Shown piece by piece: positions 17,006 to 26,355 of a stretch of DNA of 64,000 nt (position 1 is its first letter; each line of letters opens with the position of its first letter). A model generated the notes under the pieces. The model made no database searches and was not told the origin of the DNA. It saw only the letters and a program-made list of their open reading frames with translations. The stretch lies in the IMG/VR virus record IMGVR_UViG_3300044623_000338, one strand, 5' to 3'. The translations under genes were made by a program, and so were the position numbers. This stretch comes from an uncultured virus (IMG/VR IMGVR_UViG_3300044623_000338) (lineage: Duplodnaviria > Heunggongvirae > Uroviricota > Caudoviricetes).

Positions 17006-17464
17006 ATGGCATTCTCAACTTTTACTGGTCCAGTTCGTTCAGGCACTGTTAAAAACACTACTGGTACTACTCTAGGTACTATCGACAACACAGGTCTTGT
17101 TGTTTTAAGCCAATCTGCAGCTTTAGGCTTAACTTCTAATGTTTCTTTTGTGTTGCCAGCTGGCGCACAAATAGTGGATATCTATATTGATGTTACTACC
17201 ACTTTTACTACTAGTTCTACTCTTGCTGTAGGTGATGGTACTACTGTTGATAAATATGTCACTGCTATTACTACTGCAGCGGCGGGCCGTCAAGCTCTTA
17301 CTTTTTCAGGCGCTCAATTAACTGCTATGTATAACATCGGCACTTCTGATGTAGCTGTTACTGTAACTATGGCGGGTACTACTGCTGTTGCAGGTGCCGG
17401 TTATATCACTATGGACTACGTACAAAAAACATCTAGTGGTGCTCAAGACCCTGTTTCTGCATAA
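17006..17464 (+). CDS. Putative virion structural protein
   Basis: TAAGGA RBS; T/A/G-rich beta protein (STFTGPVRSG, LPAGAQIVDI). Confidence 0.75.
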   Translation: MAFSTFTGPVRSGTVKNTTGTTLGTIDNTGLVVLSQSAALGLTSNVSFVLPAGAQIVDIYIDVTTTFTTSSTLAVGDGTTVDKYVTAITTAAAGRQALTFSGAQLTAMYNIGTSDVAVTVTMAGTTAVAGAGYITMDYVQKTSSGAQDPVSA

Positions 17465-17482
17465 TATACGGACAAGTAGGTT

Positions 17483-17740
17483 ATGGAGCATCGTAGAGAA
17501 GATGACCCCGTTATGCAAACAGTAAGAGAGCTTGCTACGCATAGTGCAGATATAAGGCACCTTCAAACTGACATGGACAAAATGACTAAAGACATGGAAG
17601 AAATAAAAGACGCTATTAGAGAAATAAGTAAGACTTTATCTGAAGCTAAAGGTGGATGGAAGTTATTACTAGTAGTCGGTGGTATCGGTGCATCTGTAGC
17701 TACATTTGTTACTTGGGCTATTGATATGGTTAAACACTAA
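17483..17740 (+). CDS. Coiled-coil protein with a C-terminal transmembrane segment
   Basis: Heptad region, then GGWKLLLVVGGIGASVATFV. Confidence 0.7.
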   Translation: MEHRREDDPVMQTVRELATHSADIRHLQTDMDKMTKDMEEIKDAIREISKTLSEAKGGWKLLLVVGGIGASVATFVTWAIDMVKH

Positions 17741-18006
17741 TGGCTACTAAAAAAGCTCCAGTATTGTCGGTGGGTAGAGGTGAAAAGTTACCTGTGTCTA
17801 AAGGTGCTGGGCTAACTGCTAAAGGTAGAGCCAAATATAATGCAGCTACAGGCTCTAATCTAAAAGCTCCTCAACCTAGTGGCGGCCCACGAAAGAAATC
17901 ATTTTGTGCTAGAATGTCAGGTATGCCGGGTCCTATGAAGGACGAAAGTGGTAAACCTACACGCAAAGCAGCCTCACTAAAAAGGTGGAATTGTGGTAGT
18001 AAATAG
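17740..18006 (+). CDS. Small basic phage protein (GLTAKGRAKYN...SFCARM type)
   Basis: TAATG coupling; recognisable conserved motifs RKKSFCARM and SLKRWNC. Confidence 0.75.
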   Translation: MATKKAPVLSVGRGEKLPVSKGAGLTAKGRAKYNAATGSNLKAPQPSGGPRKKSFCARMSGMPGPMKDESGKPTRKAASLKRWNCGSK

Positions 18007-18026
18007 ATTAACGGGTAGGTATTAAT

Positions 18027-18308
18027 ATGACTCGCCCTTCACGTGGTATTTCCGATATTCAAGAAAAAGCTAGAGGCAGAACTAATATGGCTAAGTTAAA
18101 AGCGGGCATGGCTCCCTTAAAGAAAAAAGACGTTATCAAAACCAAAGTAACTAAACGTGCACCAACTCCGGACTTAGCCCAATTAGGCGCTATGAGAGGA
18201 ATGGCACCAGCTATGAAAAAAGGCGGCTCAGCTTGTAAAGGCTATGCTAAAGGTGGTTCTATTGACGGGATTGCTAAAAAGGGCAAAACTCGTGGGAAGA
18301 TAATCTAA
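18027..18308 (+). CDS. Small basic protein with KKGG/AKGG motifs
   Basis: Ends MKKGGSACKGYAKGGSIDGIAKKGKTRGKII. Confidence 0.7.
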   Translation: MTRPSRGISDIQEKARGRTNMAKLKAGMAPLKKKDVIKTKVTKRAPTPDLAQLGAMRGMAPAMKKGGSACKGYAKGGSIDGIAKKGKTRGKII

Positions 18309-18586
18309 TGGCTACTAAAGTAAAAATGTCAAAAAAACAAGAAGAGCCTGATGTTGGTCAAGCTAATATTGACAGAGCGATGATTGATAAGAGAAATAAG
18401 GACGAGTCAGCGACAGCGGGTAAGTTTGGTTTAGGCGACTCACCTAGTAAAGACTTTAGCGGCTCTGATTACTACAAAGGTAAAAAAGCTGGGGGGTCTT
18501 GTAAAGGTTATGCTAAAGGTGGCTCTGCGTCATTACGTGGTGATGGTTGTGCTACTAAAGGCCACACAAAAGGTAGGATGATCTAA
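18308..18586 (+). CDS. Small protein with AKGG motif (paralogous C-terminus)
   Basis: Ends GYAKGGSASLRGDGCATKGHTKGRMI; TAATG coupling. Confidence 0.72.
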   Translation: MATKVKMSKKQEEPDVGQANIDRAMIDKRNKDESATAGKFGLGDSPSKDFSGSDYYKGKKAGGSCKGYAKGGSASLRGDGCATKGHTKGRMI

Positions 18587-19164
18587 TGGGTATAAATGAT
18601 CCTAAAGTGGGGTTTATGACCCCTATTAAAAAGAAAACCTATAAATCAGAGTCTTCTGATAATCAGACAGCTCAAGATAAAGCACTTAGAGCTAAACAAG
18701 ACCTTCAAGCAGCTAAAGAAAGAGAGTCTGATAAAAGTAGATTTATTAAGCAGGTACAAGGAGCTAAATCAGACATGTCTGCATTTGGTGATAAACCTTA
18801 TGCTAAGTCTACACCGGGTTCTAATGCTATAGTCAATAAAATAATGGCTGCTAAACCTGAAGCCCCTAAACCTGAAGCCCCTAAAGCTGAAGCACCTAAG
18901 CCTGTAGTAAAAGCTGCGCCTAAAGTTAAAAGTAAGTTTGAGCGTATGCAAGATGCTTATGAAGGCTTTGGTAAAGGTAGTGATAGTGCAGCCAATAAAG
19001 CTATACAGGCTAGAATAGAAGGCAAAGGGGAAGCTAAAGCACCTGCTATGAAAAAAGGCGGCTCAGCTTGTAAAGGTTATGCTAAAGGCGGTTCTGTTAG
19101 ATCAGCTGCTTCTCGTGGTGATGGTTGTGCTACTAAGGGTCATACTAAAGGAGCAATGCGTTAA
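18586..19164 (+). CDS. Lys/Ala-rich protein with AKGG motif (paralogous C-terminus)
   Basis: KPEAP repeats; ends MKKGGSACKGYAKGG...RGDGCATKGHTKG. Confidence 0.72.
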   Translation: MGINDPKVGFMTPIKKKTYKSESSDNQTAQDKALRAKQDLQAAKERESDKSRFIKQVQGAKSDMSAFGDKPYAKSTPGSNAIVNKIMAAKPEAPKPEAPKAEAPKPVVKAAPKVKSKFERMQDAYEGFGKGSDSAANKAIQARIEGKGEAKAPAMKKGGSACKGYAKGGSVRSAASRGDGCATKGHTKGAMR

Positions 19165-19838
19165 TGTCTGGGGGCGGAAATAGCGGTAGTGGAACACCCA
19201 CTCCTCAAAGCTTAGATGCTGTAAGAAAAGCGGGTCTACCTGTAGGTAGTGGAGTTTCTACTGTAAGTAGTGGTATGCCTGATGTTCAAAACTTAGACGC
19301 ACTAAAAGCAGCGGGATTACCTACAGTTGCTGCCCCTCCTACTGATTTTCAAAGCCTATTAAAAGCTCTGCAAGCTAAACAAGCAGGAGGGAGTGGCTTA
19401 ACACCAGTTGCTGATGCGGGTTTACCTACAGAGGGAGCAGCGGCTCCTACAGGCTATGCAGATGGTGGTATTTTAGGTTTAGGTCAGGGTAACATCAACG
19501 GTCAACAACTGAATACTCAGAACGGTTATAACAACTACGCCTCTCCTAACCAAGGACTAATGGATTACCCACAGCAAGGGCAACCTAACCAACCTCTTAC
19601 TCCAAATGTACCTCCAGTGCAAAACAGTCCTAGTATGGGAATGAACCCCCCAAATACTAATATGGGGTTTGATAATAGTGGTAGTGATGCGGGTGTAGGT
19701 GGGCAGCCAGTAGGGCAAATGCAAACACCTCTTCAAGGACAACCTCCAAGTATGGCACAATACATGTCCCCACAAGGGTTACAAATTCAGGGCAACCCAA
19801 CTTCAATGCCCGTACAACGACAACAACAGCAAAGGTAA
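19164..19838 (+). CDS. Low-complexity G/P/Q-rich protein
   Basis: TAATG coupling; AGLP repeats; YADGG motif. Confidence 0.6.
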   Translation: MSGGGNSGSGTPTPQSLDAVRKAGLPVGSGVSTVSSGMPDVQNLDALKAAGLPTVAAPPTDFQSLLKALQAKQAGGSGLTPVADAGLPTEGAAAPTGYADGGILGLGQGNINGQQLNTQNGYNNYASPNQGLMDYPQQGQPNQPLTPNVPPVQNSPSMGMNPPNTNMGFDNSGSDAGVGGQPVGQMQTPLQGQPPSMAQYMSPQGLQIQGNPTSMPVQRQQQQR

Positions 19839-19844
19839 AAGATC

Positions 19845-20129
19845 ATGCAACAGACTGATGTAAAATGCACTCATTTAGATGCTAGTGGTATAGCGTATGC
19901 GGCTCCTACTAGGGTTAGGGGGTTTCAGTTGGGCCCCGGAGGTACGGCAGGGGAAATAAACTTCTATGATAACCCAACCGCAGGTAGTGGAACTATAAAA
20001 ATGACCCTTCATATAACAACTAATACAGCAGTTATAGCGTCTACAATACCCGGTGAAGGTGTTAGGTTTGAAAATGGGGTGTATATCACACTCCCTGCAA
20101 ACGCTAGTATATCTATATTCTATGGTTAA
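19845..20129 (+). CDS. Putative structural protein
   Basis: 94 aa, QTDVK...IPGEGVRFENGVY...IFYG. Confidence 0.7.
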   Translation: MQQTDVKCTHLDASGIAYAAPTRVRGFQLGPGGTAGEINFYDNPTAGSGTIKMTLHITTNTAVIASTIPGEGVRFENGVYITLPANASISIFYG

Positions 20130-20131
20130 CC

Positions 20132-20836
20132 ATGAGCACTTCAGGTCTTACTACATTTAATCCAGACATAGCTGAAATAATAGAAGAAAGTTTTGAGCGT
20201 GTTGGTGTAGAAATTCGTACGGGCTATCAGTTTAGAACAGCTAGAAGGTCGTTAAATTACTTGTTGGCTTCTTGGGCTAATAAAGGTCTTAATCTGTGGA
20301 CTATTGAACAGGGAGAAGTTCCTCTGTTAGTAGGGGTAGGTACTTATGATTTGCCTGATGATACTATTGACTTAATAGAGACTGTCATACGCCAAAACCC
20401 CGGAAGCACTTCTAATCAAGTTGACCTGCAAATAGCCCGTATAAGTATCTCTACTTATGCAACAATACCAAACAAACTTGTTCAAGGACGCCCTATACAG
20501 ATTTTTGTAGATAGACAGTCTCCTACACCTACAGCTAAGATATGGCCTCTACCTAGTCAAACTGGGTACACATTGGTCTATTGGCGGTTACGTAGAATGC
20601 AAGACGCAGGACAAGGCGGCGTAAATACGCTTGATATTCCTTTTAGATTCTTAGAAGCTATGACTGCTGGACTAGCTTATAACCTAGCTCTTAAAACCCC
20701 TGAAGCAGAAAGCAAGATTCCTATGCTTAAACAACTCTATGAAGAGGCTTTTGAACTGGCGGCTGATGAAGATCGTCAACGAGTGTCTTTTAGATTTGTG
20801 CCTAACATAGGTAGTGTAGGCGGCGGGGGCTGGTAA
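20132..20836 (+). CDS. Probable head-tail adaptor protein
   Basis: EIIEESFERVG...ARRSLN...WANKGLNLW...GRP.Q...WP.P...GLAYNLA; located after the capsid module. Confidence 0.7.
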   Translation: MSTSGLTTFNPDIAEIIEESFERVGVEIRTGYQFRTARRSLNYLLASWANKGLNLWTIEQGEVPLLVGVGTYDLPDDTIDLIETVIRQNPGSTSNQVDLQIARISISTYATIPNKLVQGRPIQIFVDRQSPTPTAKIWPLPSQTGYTLVYWRLRRMQDAGQGGVNTLDIPFRFLEAMTAGLAYNLALKTPEAESKIPMLKQLYEEAFELAADEDRQRVSFRFVPNIGSVGGGGW

Positions 20837-21172
20837 GTGGCTACTCCTTTTGCTGGTGAGAAACGGGCGTTTGGATTCTGTGATAGATGTGGGTTTAGAT
20901 ACGCCTTAAAAAGAATACGTACCTATGTTATTGTAGGTAAACGCATAAATATGCGGGTCTGTCCAGAGTGCATGGACAAAGTTGGTGGCGACCACCCACA
21001 AAACTGGGTAGGTATAATAGGGGCTCAAAAGGTAGCAAATGACCCACAGGCTCTACGCAACCCAAGACCAGATACGAATTTAAATGCCTCTAGAGGTCTA
21101 TTTGCTTTTAACCCTGTGGCAACACAGACCATTAACACCACGTTGAATAGCGTGTTTATTACGATTAACTGA
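20837..21172 (+). CDS. Zn-ribbon virion-cluster protein
   Basis: CDRCG...VCPEC...DPQALRNPRPD; GTG start. Confidence 0.75.
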   Translation: MATPFAGEKRAFGFCDRCGFRYALKRIRTYVIVGKRINMRVCPECMDKVGGDHPQNWVGIIGAQKVANDPQALRNPRPDTNLNASRGLFAFNPVATQTINTTLNSVFITIN

Positions 21173-21180
21173 GGTATAAT

Positions 21181-21411
21181 ATGGCACAGTTTGAAGGTTC
21201 TTCTAAAGATGTTAAAGAAGACAAAAAATTAGCAAAAAAGAACAAGATGTCTATGTCTGATTGGGAAAAGAGCCCGAAAGATGCTAAGCACGACAAACAG
21301 AAATCTATGAAGGGTCTTAAGAAAGGCGGCATTACATCTATGGACGCTAAAAAGATGGGTCGTAACTTGGCCCGTGTAGCTAATCAAAAGAGCACTGGAA
21401 GAGGTAGATAA
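21181..21411 (+). CDS. Small basic protein
   Basis: GAGG RBS; LKKGG...GRNLARVANQ. Confidence 0.7.
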   Translation: MAQFEGSSKDVKEDKKLAKKNKMSMSDWEKSPKDAKHDKQKSMKGLKKGGITSMDAKKMGRNLARVANQKSTGRGR

Positions 21412-21575
21412 TGGCTAAGCATATTGAAGGTTCTGCTGAATACAAAGGTGTTAAATCTATACCTGCGCCTGTATGCAACGGCTACCCTGTTAAGATAGAC
21501 AATAAAAAGACTATTAAAGTACGTGGCACTGGTGCAGCTATTAAAGGCACTATGGCTTCTAGCAAAATGGGCTAA
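21411..21575 (+). CDS. Small basic protein (54 aa)
   Basis: Read manually: MAKHIEG...IKVRGTGAAIKGTMASSKMG; TAATG coupling; fills the gap between annotated genes. Confidence 0.65.
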   Translation: MAKHIEGSAEYKGVKSIPAPVCNGYPVKIDNKKTIKVRGTGAAIKGTMASSKMG

Positions 21576-21577
21576 TA

Positions 21578-22240
21578 ATGAGTTTTACATACGCACAACT
21601 TAGTACGGCGATACAGCAGTATACTGAAGTCACAGAGGCTACTTTTGTAGCTAACATACCCAACTTTGTACAAAACGCAGAGACTTTGGTTAATAACTCT
21701 GTGCAGTTACCTGCATTTCGTACTAATGTTACGGGCGTAACAACAGCTAACTTTCCTTATGTAGCTCTCCCACCTGACTTCCTGTCAGTATTTGCTTTGT
21801 CTGTGTACACCACGACTGTAATAGACCTAATACCTCAGACCACCCAAAACTACTTATACCAGAAAGACGTTGAGTATATAAGAGAAGCCTACCCCTATCC
21901 GGGTGTTTCTGGGGTGCCACAATACTATGGTATTTTTGATAATGCTTCTTTTATATTAGGTCCTACTCCTGATGACGATTATTCGGTAGAGATGCATTAT
22001 TATGCGTATCCGCAGTCTATAGTAGACGCAGGTACAAGCTGGCTAGGTACTAACTTCCCTAACGTGTTATTGTGGGGCTCTTTGGTCGAAGCTTACATAT
22101 ATATGAAGGGTGAACCAGATTTGATTCAAGCTTACCAACAGAAGTATCAAGAGGCTATGGCTCTTCTTAAACAATTAGGTGATGGCAAAGACCGCATTGA
22201 TACGTATCGTGTAACCCAAGTAAGGGATAAGGTAGTTTAA
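21578..22240 (+). CDS. Probable tail tubular/adaptor protein
   Basis: TYAQLSTAIQQY...LPPDFL...GVPQYY...LGPTPD...WLGTNF.NVLLWGSLVEAY. Confidence 0.7.
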   Translation: MSFTYAQLSTAIQQYTEVTEATFVANIPNFVQNAETLVNNSVQLPAFRTNVTGVTTANFPYVALPPDFLSVFALSVYTTTVIDLIPQTTQNYLYQKDVEYIREAYPYPGVSGVPQYYGIFDNASFILGPTPDDDYSVEMHYYAYPQSIVDAGTSWLGTNFPNVLLWGSLVEAYIYMKGEPDLIQAYQQKYQEAMALLKQLGDGKDRIDTYRVTQVRDKVV

Positions 22241-22351
22241 TATGAGTGGAATGAGTGAACAAGCAAAGGTTATGCTAAACAGCGTAGCTATCGTAATTAC
22301 AAACCCTGAGCCAGAAGTGGTTGAGGAAGTTATTGAAGAGGAAGAATAGCA

Positions 22352-22786
22352 ATGGCTATCACACAGGCGATTTCTAGCACTTTTAAAAGTGAACTATTAG
22401 GTGCAGAACACAACTTTAAAGCAGCTGGTGGCAACGTATTTAAAATAGCTCTATATACTTCAGCGGCTAGTTTAGATTCTTCTACTACTGCATACACAGC
22501 AACGGGTGAGGTTTCAAGCTCTGGCACAGGCTATACGACTGGGGGCAACACTTTAACTAACTTAGGTATAACACTATCAGGTGCCATTGCGTTTATTGAC
22601 TTTTCTGATACTACTTGGACTACTGCTACTTTTACAGCTGCAGGGGCTCTAATATATAACACTTCAAGCAGCAATAAAGCGGTAGCGATATTTAACTTTG
22701 GTGGAGACTTTACAGCTACTAATGGGGACTTCTCAGTTATATTCCCAGCGGCTACAACCACAACTGCTGTTTTAATTTTAAATTAG
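22352..22786 (+). CDS. Tail-associated structural protein
   Basis: FKSELLGAEHNF...FKIALY...GYTTGG...GALIYN. Confidence 0.7.
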   Translation: MAITQAISSTFKSELLGAEHNFKAAGGNVFKIALYTSAASLDSSTTAYTATGEVSSSGTGYTTGGNTLTNLGITLSGAIAFIDFSDTTWTTATFTAAGALIYNTSSSNKAVAIFNFGGDFTATNGDFSVIFPAATTTTAVLILN

Positions 22787-22801
22787 TCTGTAGGTATATA
22801 A

Positions 22802-23623
22802 ATGCCTTTACTAGCTGATCGAGTATTAGAATCATCCATAACTGCGGGGACGGGCACGCTTACCCTCGCAGGGGCGCTAACAGGATATAGGACATTTAAT
22901 GCAGCTTTTAGTAACGGTGACATAGTCTATTACACTATAGATGATGGCTTAGGGGGCTATGAAGTAGGTTATGGTACCGTAGGTACTGGGACTCTGACCC
23001 GCTCTACTGTTCTTGAATCAAGCAATGCTAATGCCCTAGTTGTATTTACATCTGTATCTAAACGTGTATTTTGTACGGCTCCTGTCCCTACGCTCTTACC
23101 GGATCAAACTGGAAACAGCACTAAGATTCTTTCTACTGATGGTACTAATCCTTCTTGGATAGCTAATACTGTTGGTACAGTTACAGCGGTTTCTGTTGTT
23201 TCTGCTAATGGGTTTGCTGGCACTTCTTCAGGCGGTGCTACTCCTGCGTTGACTTTATCTACTTCTATTACTGGAGTTCTTAAAGGCGACGGTACAGCTA
23301 TATCTGCGGCTACTTCTGGTACGGACTACAGCTTAGGAACCTCTGCGTTATCTACAGGCATACTTAAAAGTACTACAACAACTGGGGCGCTAACCATTGC
23401 CATAGCGGCAGACTTTCCAACACTAAACCAAAATACATCAGGTACAGCGGCGGGGTTAAGTGCTACTTTAGTAGTAGGTTCAGGTGGTACGGGTCTAACA
23501 GCGGTAGGCACTTCAGGTAATGTTTTAACAAGTAACGGCACGACTTGGGCGTCTACCGCCCCAGCAGCTAGTGGTATAACAACAGGTAAAGCCATTGCTA
23601 TGGCTATGATTTTTGGCTTTTAA
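22802..23623 (+). CDS. Tail fiber-like protein
   Basis: LADRVLE...GTGTLTL N-terminus; T/S/G-rich; GGTG...GNVLTSNG motif; ends TGKAIAMAMIFG. Confidence 0.7.
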   Translation: MPLLADRVLESSITAGTGTLTLAGALTGYRTFNAAFSNGDIVYYTIDDGLGGYEVGYGTVGTGTLTRSTVLESSNANALVVFTSVSKRVFCTAPVPTLLPDQTGNSTKILSTDGTNPSWIANTVGTVTAVSVVSANGFAGTSSGGATPALTLSTSITGVLKGDGTAISAATSGTDYSLGTSALSTGILKSTTTTGALTIAIAADFPTLNQNTSGTAAGLSATLVVGSGGTGLTAVGTSGNVLTSNGTTWASTAPAASGITTGKAIAMAMIFGF

Positions 23624-23632
23624 GGAACAACA

Positions 23633-24004
23633 ATGGCAAACCCAAATATAGTTAATGTTACCGTAATTAATGGTAACACCAGTACAACTTCACTGACTAC
23701 AACTGCTGCGACTTCTGTAGCGAGTAATGCGGCTGCAAGCAGCAAGGTCTATAAAATAGACTCTATTGTCGTAGCTAACACATCTGCTTCAGCGGCTAAC
23801 ATCACTATCAACGTGTACAGCGCAGCGGCTCTAGGTGGTACAGCATTTCCAATAGCTTCAGCTATCTCAGTACCAGCGTATGCTTCATTGATCGTAACTG
23901 ACAAGACTACAGCGTTCTATCTGCTTGAAGATAAGTCTATAGGTGCTACTGCTGGTACAGCTACTGCGTTGGTGGTAACAGCTTCTTGGGAAGAAATAAC
24001 ATAA
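23633..24004 (+). CDS. Tail fiber-associated small beta protein
   Basis: MANPNIVNV...IVVAN...ISVPAYASL...YLLE...SWEEI. Confidence 0.7.
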   Translation: MANPNIVNVTVINGNTSTTSLTTTAATSVASNAAASSKVYKIDSIVVANTSASAANITINVYSAAALGGTAFPIASAISVPAYASLIVTDKTTAFYLLEDKSIGATAGTATALVVTASWEEIT

Positions 24005-24014
24005 GGAAACTGAA

Positions 24015-25145
24015 ATGTCGCAAAGATATTTAGCAGGGTTCATACAAGCAGGACTCTTTAACCCTTTGGCTGCCCCTACACCCAGTGCCTATACCTATGA
24101 GCTTTGGACTTGGGGGAATGATGTTTTTGGGCAGTTAGGTCTAGGTAATGTAACTTACTACTCAAGTCCAAAACAAGTAGGTGCATTAACAACTTGGTCT
24201 ACTATTGCAGGTGGGGGCAACCACACTCTAGCAACTAAAACAGACGGCACTCTTTGGTCTTGGGGTCAAAACACCAATGGTCAGTTAGGCTTAGGCAATA
24301 CCACTGTCTATTCAAGCCCAAAACAAGTAGGGGCACTTACAACTTGGCTTAACATAGCAGCTGGGCAGGATCACACCATAGCAACTAAAACAGATGGCAC
24401 CCTGTGGTCATGGGGATTTAATTCTAGCGGTCAGTTAGGCCTAGGCAATACAACTGATCGTTCAAGTCCTGTACAAGTAGGTGCTCTTACAACGTGGTCT
24501 AATATAGCATGTGGGAGCTCTCATAGTATAGCAACTAAAACAAACGGAACTCTGTGGTCTTGGGGTAGAAATAATGCTGGTCAATTAGGTCTAGGCAATG
24601 CAACTAATCGTTCTAGTCCTGTACAAGTAGGCGCATTAACCACTTGGTTAAATATAGCATGTGGAAGGTACCACACCATAGCAACTAAAACAGATGGTAC
24701 ACTCTGGTCTTGGGGGATTAATAATGTTGGACAATTAGGTTTAGGTAACATAACTTACTACTCAAGCCCAAAACAAGTAGGTGCTCTTACAACGTGGTCT
24801 ACTATTGCAGGTGGAGGTAACTTTTCTTTAGCAACTAAAACAAACGGAACTCTGTGGTCTTGGGGCCAAAATACTAGTGGTCAATTAGGTCTAGGCAATG
24901 CAACTAATCGTTCTAGTCCTGTACAGGTGGGCGCACTTACAACTTGGTTAAATATTGCAGGTGGAGGCTTCCACACCATAGCTACTAAAACTGATGGTAC
25001 TCTCTGGTCTTGGGGTTTAAACAGTAGTGGGCAGTTAGGCTTAAATAACACAACTGACTACTCAAGCCCCAAACAAGTTGGTGCTCTTACAACGTGGTCT
25101 AAAGTGGCAGATGGCGATTCTTTCTCAATAGCCCTCAAATATTAG
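24015..25145 (+). CDS. RCC1/BLIP-II repeat beta-propeller protein 1
   Basis: Seven ~50-aa repeats KTDGTLWSWGxNxxGQLGLGN..SSP.QVGALTTW. Confidence 0.9.
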   Translation: MSQRYLAGFIQAGLFNPLAAPTPSAYTYELWTWGNDVFGQLGLGNVTYYSSPKQVGALTTWSTIAGGGNHTLATKTDGTLWSWGQNTNGQLGLGNTTVYSSPKQVGALTTWLNIAAGQDHTIATKTDGTLWSWGFNSSGQLGLGNTTDRSSPVQVGALTTWSNIACGSSHSIATKTNGTLWSWGRNNAGQLGLGNATNRSSPVQVGALTTWLNIACGRYHTIATKTDGTLWSWGINNVGQLGLGNITYYSSPKQVGALTTWSTIAGGGNFSLATKTNGTLWSWGQNTSGQLGLGNATNRSSPVQVGALTTWLNIAGGGFHTIATKTDGTLWSWGLNSSGQLGLNNTTDYSSPKQVGALTTWSKVADGDSFSIALKY

Positions 25146-25154
25146 GAAAATACA

Positions 25155-26303
25155 ATGCCAGTAATTTATCCATACGTACAATATTCAGGCATGTGGACAC
25201 CACAGAGTCAAATGCAAGCCGTAGCTGCGGGAACTTGGACAGGTCTGCCGGGACTTTGGTCTTGGGGGCAGAACAGTAGCGGACAATTAGGACTAGGTGA
25301 TACAGCTAACCGTTCAAGCCCCGTGCAAGTAGGAGCTTCAACTTGGTCTATTATAGCAGGAGGGGGCGAATTTTCTTTAACTACTAAATCTGATGGCACA
25401 CTTTGGTCTTGGGGGTCTAATGCTCAAGGACAGTTAGGTCTAGGAAACACAACCAACTACTCAAGCCCAAAACAAGTAGGCGCACTTACAACTTGGTCTA
25501 AAATATCATGTGGTAGCCAACACAGTACCCTTATTAAAACTGATGGCACTCTCTGGGCGTGGGGGATTAATACTAGTGGGGAATTGGGACTAGGTAACAT
25601 TACTAACTACTCTTCCCCTAAACAAATAGGGGCATTAACAAGTTGGTCTAAAATATCAGTCGGTATTCAACACAATTTAGCCATTAAAACAGATGGTACA
25701 TTATGGGCTTGGGGGAGTAATAATGCTGGACAATTAGGCATAGGGGATACAATTAACCGTTCAAGCCCCGTACAAGTAGGTGCACTTACAACTTGGTCTA
25801 GCGTTGCTTGTGGCACAGGTGGAGCTTTATCCTTTGCTATTAAAACCGATGGCACTCTCTGGTCTTGGGGGCAGAACAATGCTGGGCAGTTAGGGTTAGG
25901 TAATACAATTTATAGGTCCTCACCTAACCAAATTGGTACCCTAACAACTTGGTCTAAGATATCGGGGGGGGTTCAACATGGTTTAGCAATTAAAACAGAC
26001 GGTACGTTATGGTCTTGGGGTAGAAATAATCTAGGTCAATTAGGTCTTGGCAACTTGACTTACTACTCTAGCCCTAAACAAATAGGCGCACTTACAACTT
26101 GGTTGAGTATATCTTGTGGGAGGTATAGTAATATAGTCACCAAAACAGACGGTACTCTTTGGTCTTGGGGTTTTAATAATAGCGGGCAATTAGGGTTAGG
26201 CAATACTACATACGCTTATTCAAGTCCTAAACAAGTGGGATCACTAACTACTTGGTCTAAAATTGCAAGCGGGTATAACTACTCCATAGCCATCCTCTCT
26301 TAA
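25155..26303 (+). CDS. RCC1/BLIP-II repeat beta-propeller protein 2
   Basis: Seven repeats of the same consensus. Confidence 0.9.
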   Translation: MPVIYPYVQYSGMWTPQSQMQAVAAGTWTGLPGLWSWGQNSSGQLGLGDTANRSSPVQVGASTWSIIAGGGEFSLTTKSDGTLWSWGSNAQGQLGLGNTTNYSSPKQVGALTTWSKISCGSQHSTLIKTDGTLWAWGINTSGELGLGNITNYSSPKQIGALTSWSKISVGIQHNLAIKTDGTLWAWGSNNAGQLGIGDTINRSSPVQVGALTTWSSVACGTGGALSFAIKTDGTLWSWGQNNAGQLGLGNTIYRSSPNQIGTLTTWSKISGGVQHGLAIKTDGTLWSWGRNNLGQLGLGNLTYYSSPKQIGALTTWLSISCGRYSNIVTKTDGTLWSWGFNNSGQLGLGNTTYAYSSPKQVGSLTTWSKIASGYNYSIAILS

Positions 26304-26355
26304 TTAATTTAATGTATACTATATACCCTTGTAAAAACACTAACGAGATCAGTAT

